Shown here: in pieces, positions 62,881 through 64,000 of the stretch | Position numbering within the stretch: position 1 is the stretch's first letter | Layout of the letters: each line of letters starts with the position of its first letter | DNA from: Octopus sinensis | Lineage: Eukaryota | Length of the DNA stretch: 64,000 bases | Assembly: GCF_006345805.1 (NCBI RefSeq) | Contig: NC_043007.1 | Span: forward strand, 48,422,001-48,486,000 | Direction of reading: 5' to 3' | The notes under the pieces: model-generated | The model's database searches: none | Seen by the model: only the letters and a program-made list of their open reading frames with translations | Told to the model about the DNA's origin: nothing | Position numbers and translations under genes: made by a program

Positions 62881-63089
62881 TATTGATTTGGTTTGATTTT
62901 GATTTTGACTGTTCTCACTGGTCTTGCCGGGTTTTCTGACGCACAGCATACTTCATATATATATATATATATATATATATAAGTTGCCACTATCAGCCCA
63001 ACGACAGAATAGAAAGCATGTTTGAATGTGAATGAAGAAGTATGTTTCTTCTCCCTTCTCTTACTTTTTATCAATATGCTCCAATCTGA

Positions 63090-63300
63090 TCAGGCAGAGT
63101 TTCTACAGCTGGATGCCCTTCCTAACGCCATCCACTCTGAGAGTGTAGTGGGTGCTTTTACATGCCACCAGCACGAGGGCCAGTCAGGTGGTACTGATGA
63201 CAGCTACACTCAAATGGTGTTTTTTATGTGCCACCTGCAGAGGAGCCAGTCTAACGGCACTGGCAATGACCTCGCTTGAATGTTGTTTTTCACGTGTCAT
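63090..63300 (-). mobile_element. RTE 3' UTR fragment
   Basis: gagtttctacagctggatgcccttcctaacgccatccactctgagagtgtagtggg... Confidence 0.75.
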
Positions 63301-64000
63301 ATATATATATATATAGAATGTTAAATTAAAAAAAAATTTGACTAGTTCTCTTTTTCTTCATAACAGTAGAATCCATTGGGACCATATCCCTTCTAGCTCA
63401 CTCTGTAGAACCGTGGTTCAATAAATTTGAATTGAATCCTGCAAATCCAAACCTAGCTGCTCTCCATTCCTTCCCTAAATAATATCACAATATCCTCCCT
63501 TGCTTCCTTTTTTCCTGTTGTAGTTCTCACCAATTTTGGTCTCTGAACATGATGTTGTTATTGTTGATGATGATTACCGTTTAATTCACTTGCTATATGG
63601 AATATCTCTGACCAATGTGTTAATTATTAATACCATAAAGCTTGTTGTGCTTCTCAGCTGGCTTTTTTTATTTTTGCAGTCTCAATTGTAATTTTGTAAA
63701 ACATCTTTTTCCATTTTATTTTTATTTCTAATAAAAGATATTTCCTGTCAAATTCTGAGATTTGTTGTTCTTTAAGAGTCAGTAGATTTGAATGGTTTAG
63801 CAGTTTACTCTAGACACAAAAGTTGTATGGATTACATCATATGATTTTACTTTTGCTCTGCACATGATGCAGGAGTAAAAGTTAGTGATTTAAACTCTAC
63901 ACCAAGACACCTGTTCTGCTCTGGCTTTTCTCTCATGTTTCAATCTCCTAGCATAAAGCTACCTCCTCAGGATTCATAGTTTTGCAAACTGCATAGCAAC

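Overview
AT-rich, microsatellite-saturated animal genomic DNA; the SINE/RTE repertoire looks like a coleoid cephalopod (Octopus-like), which is my recognition and not a search result. I can reconstruct one host gene on the + strand: a CIPC-like (CLOCK-interacting pacemaker) gene with three coding exons (37391-37511, 46098-46156, 49583-50095; 693 nt, 230 aa). It has GT-AG introns with matching phases, three upstream AUGs, and a probable CpG-rich, E-box-containing 5' region at about 20.8-25.9 kb. The rest is decayed mobile DNA: Tc1/mariner copies (one inserted into the TIR of another), RTE and R4/Dong-like LINE fragments, Penelope-like (PLE) fragments, three non-autonomous Helitrons with canonical termini, and many tRNA-derived SINEs. 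The most notable observations are (1) five minimal hammerhead-ribozyme-like motifs in PLE-type termini and fold-back palindromes, with covarying stems and core variants (U4C, U3-A8); (2) a 170-bp 100%-identical inverted duplication of a Helitron/SINE junction bracketing the last CIPC coding exon; (3) a 150-bp perfect palindrome; (4) a trimeric higher-order 62-bp repeat; and (5) head-to-tail SINE pile-ups. Most ORFs in the supplied track are microsatellite artefacts.
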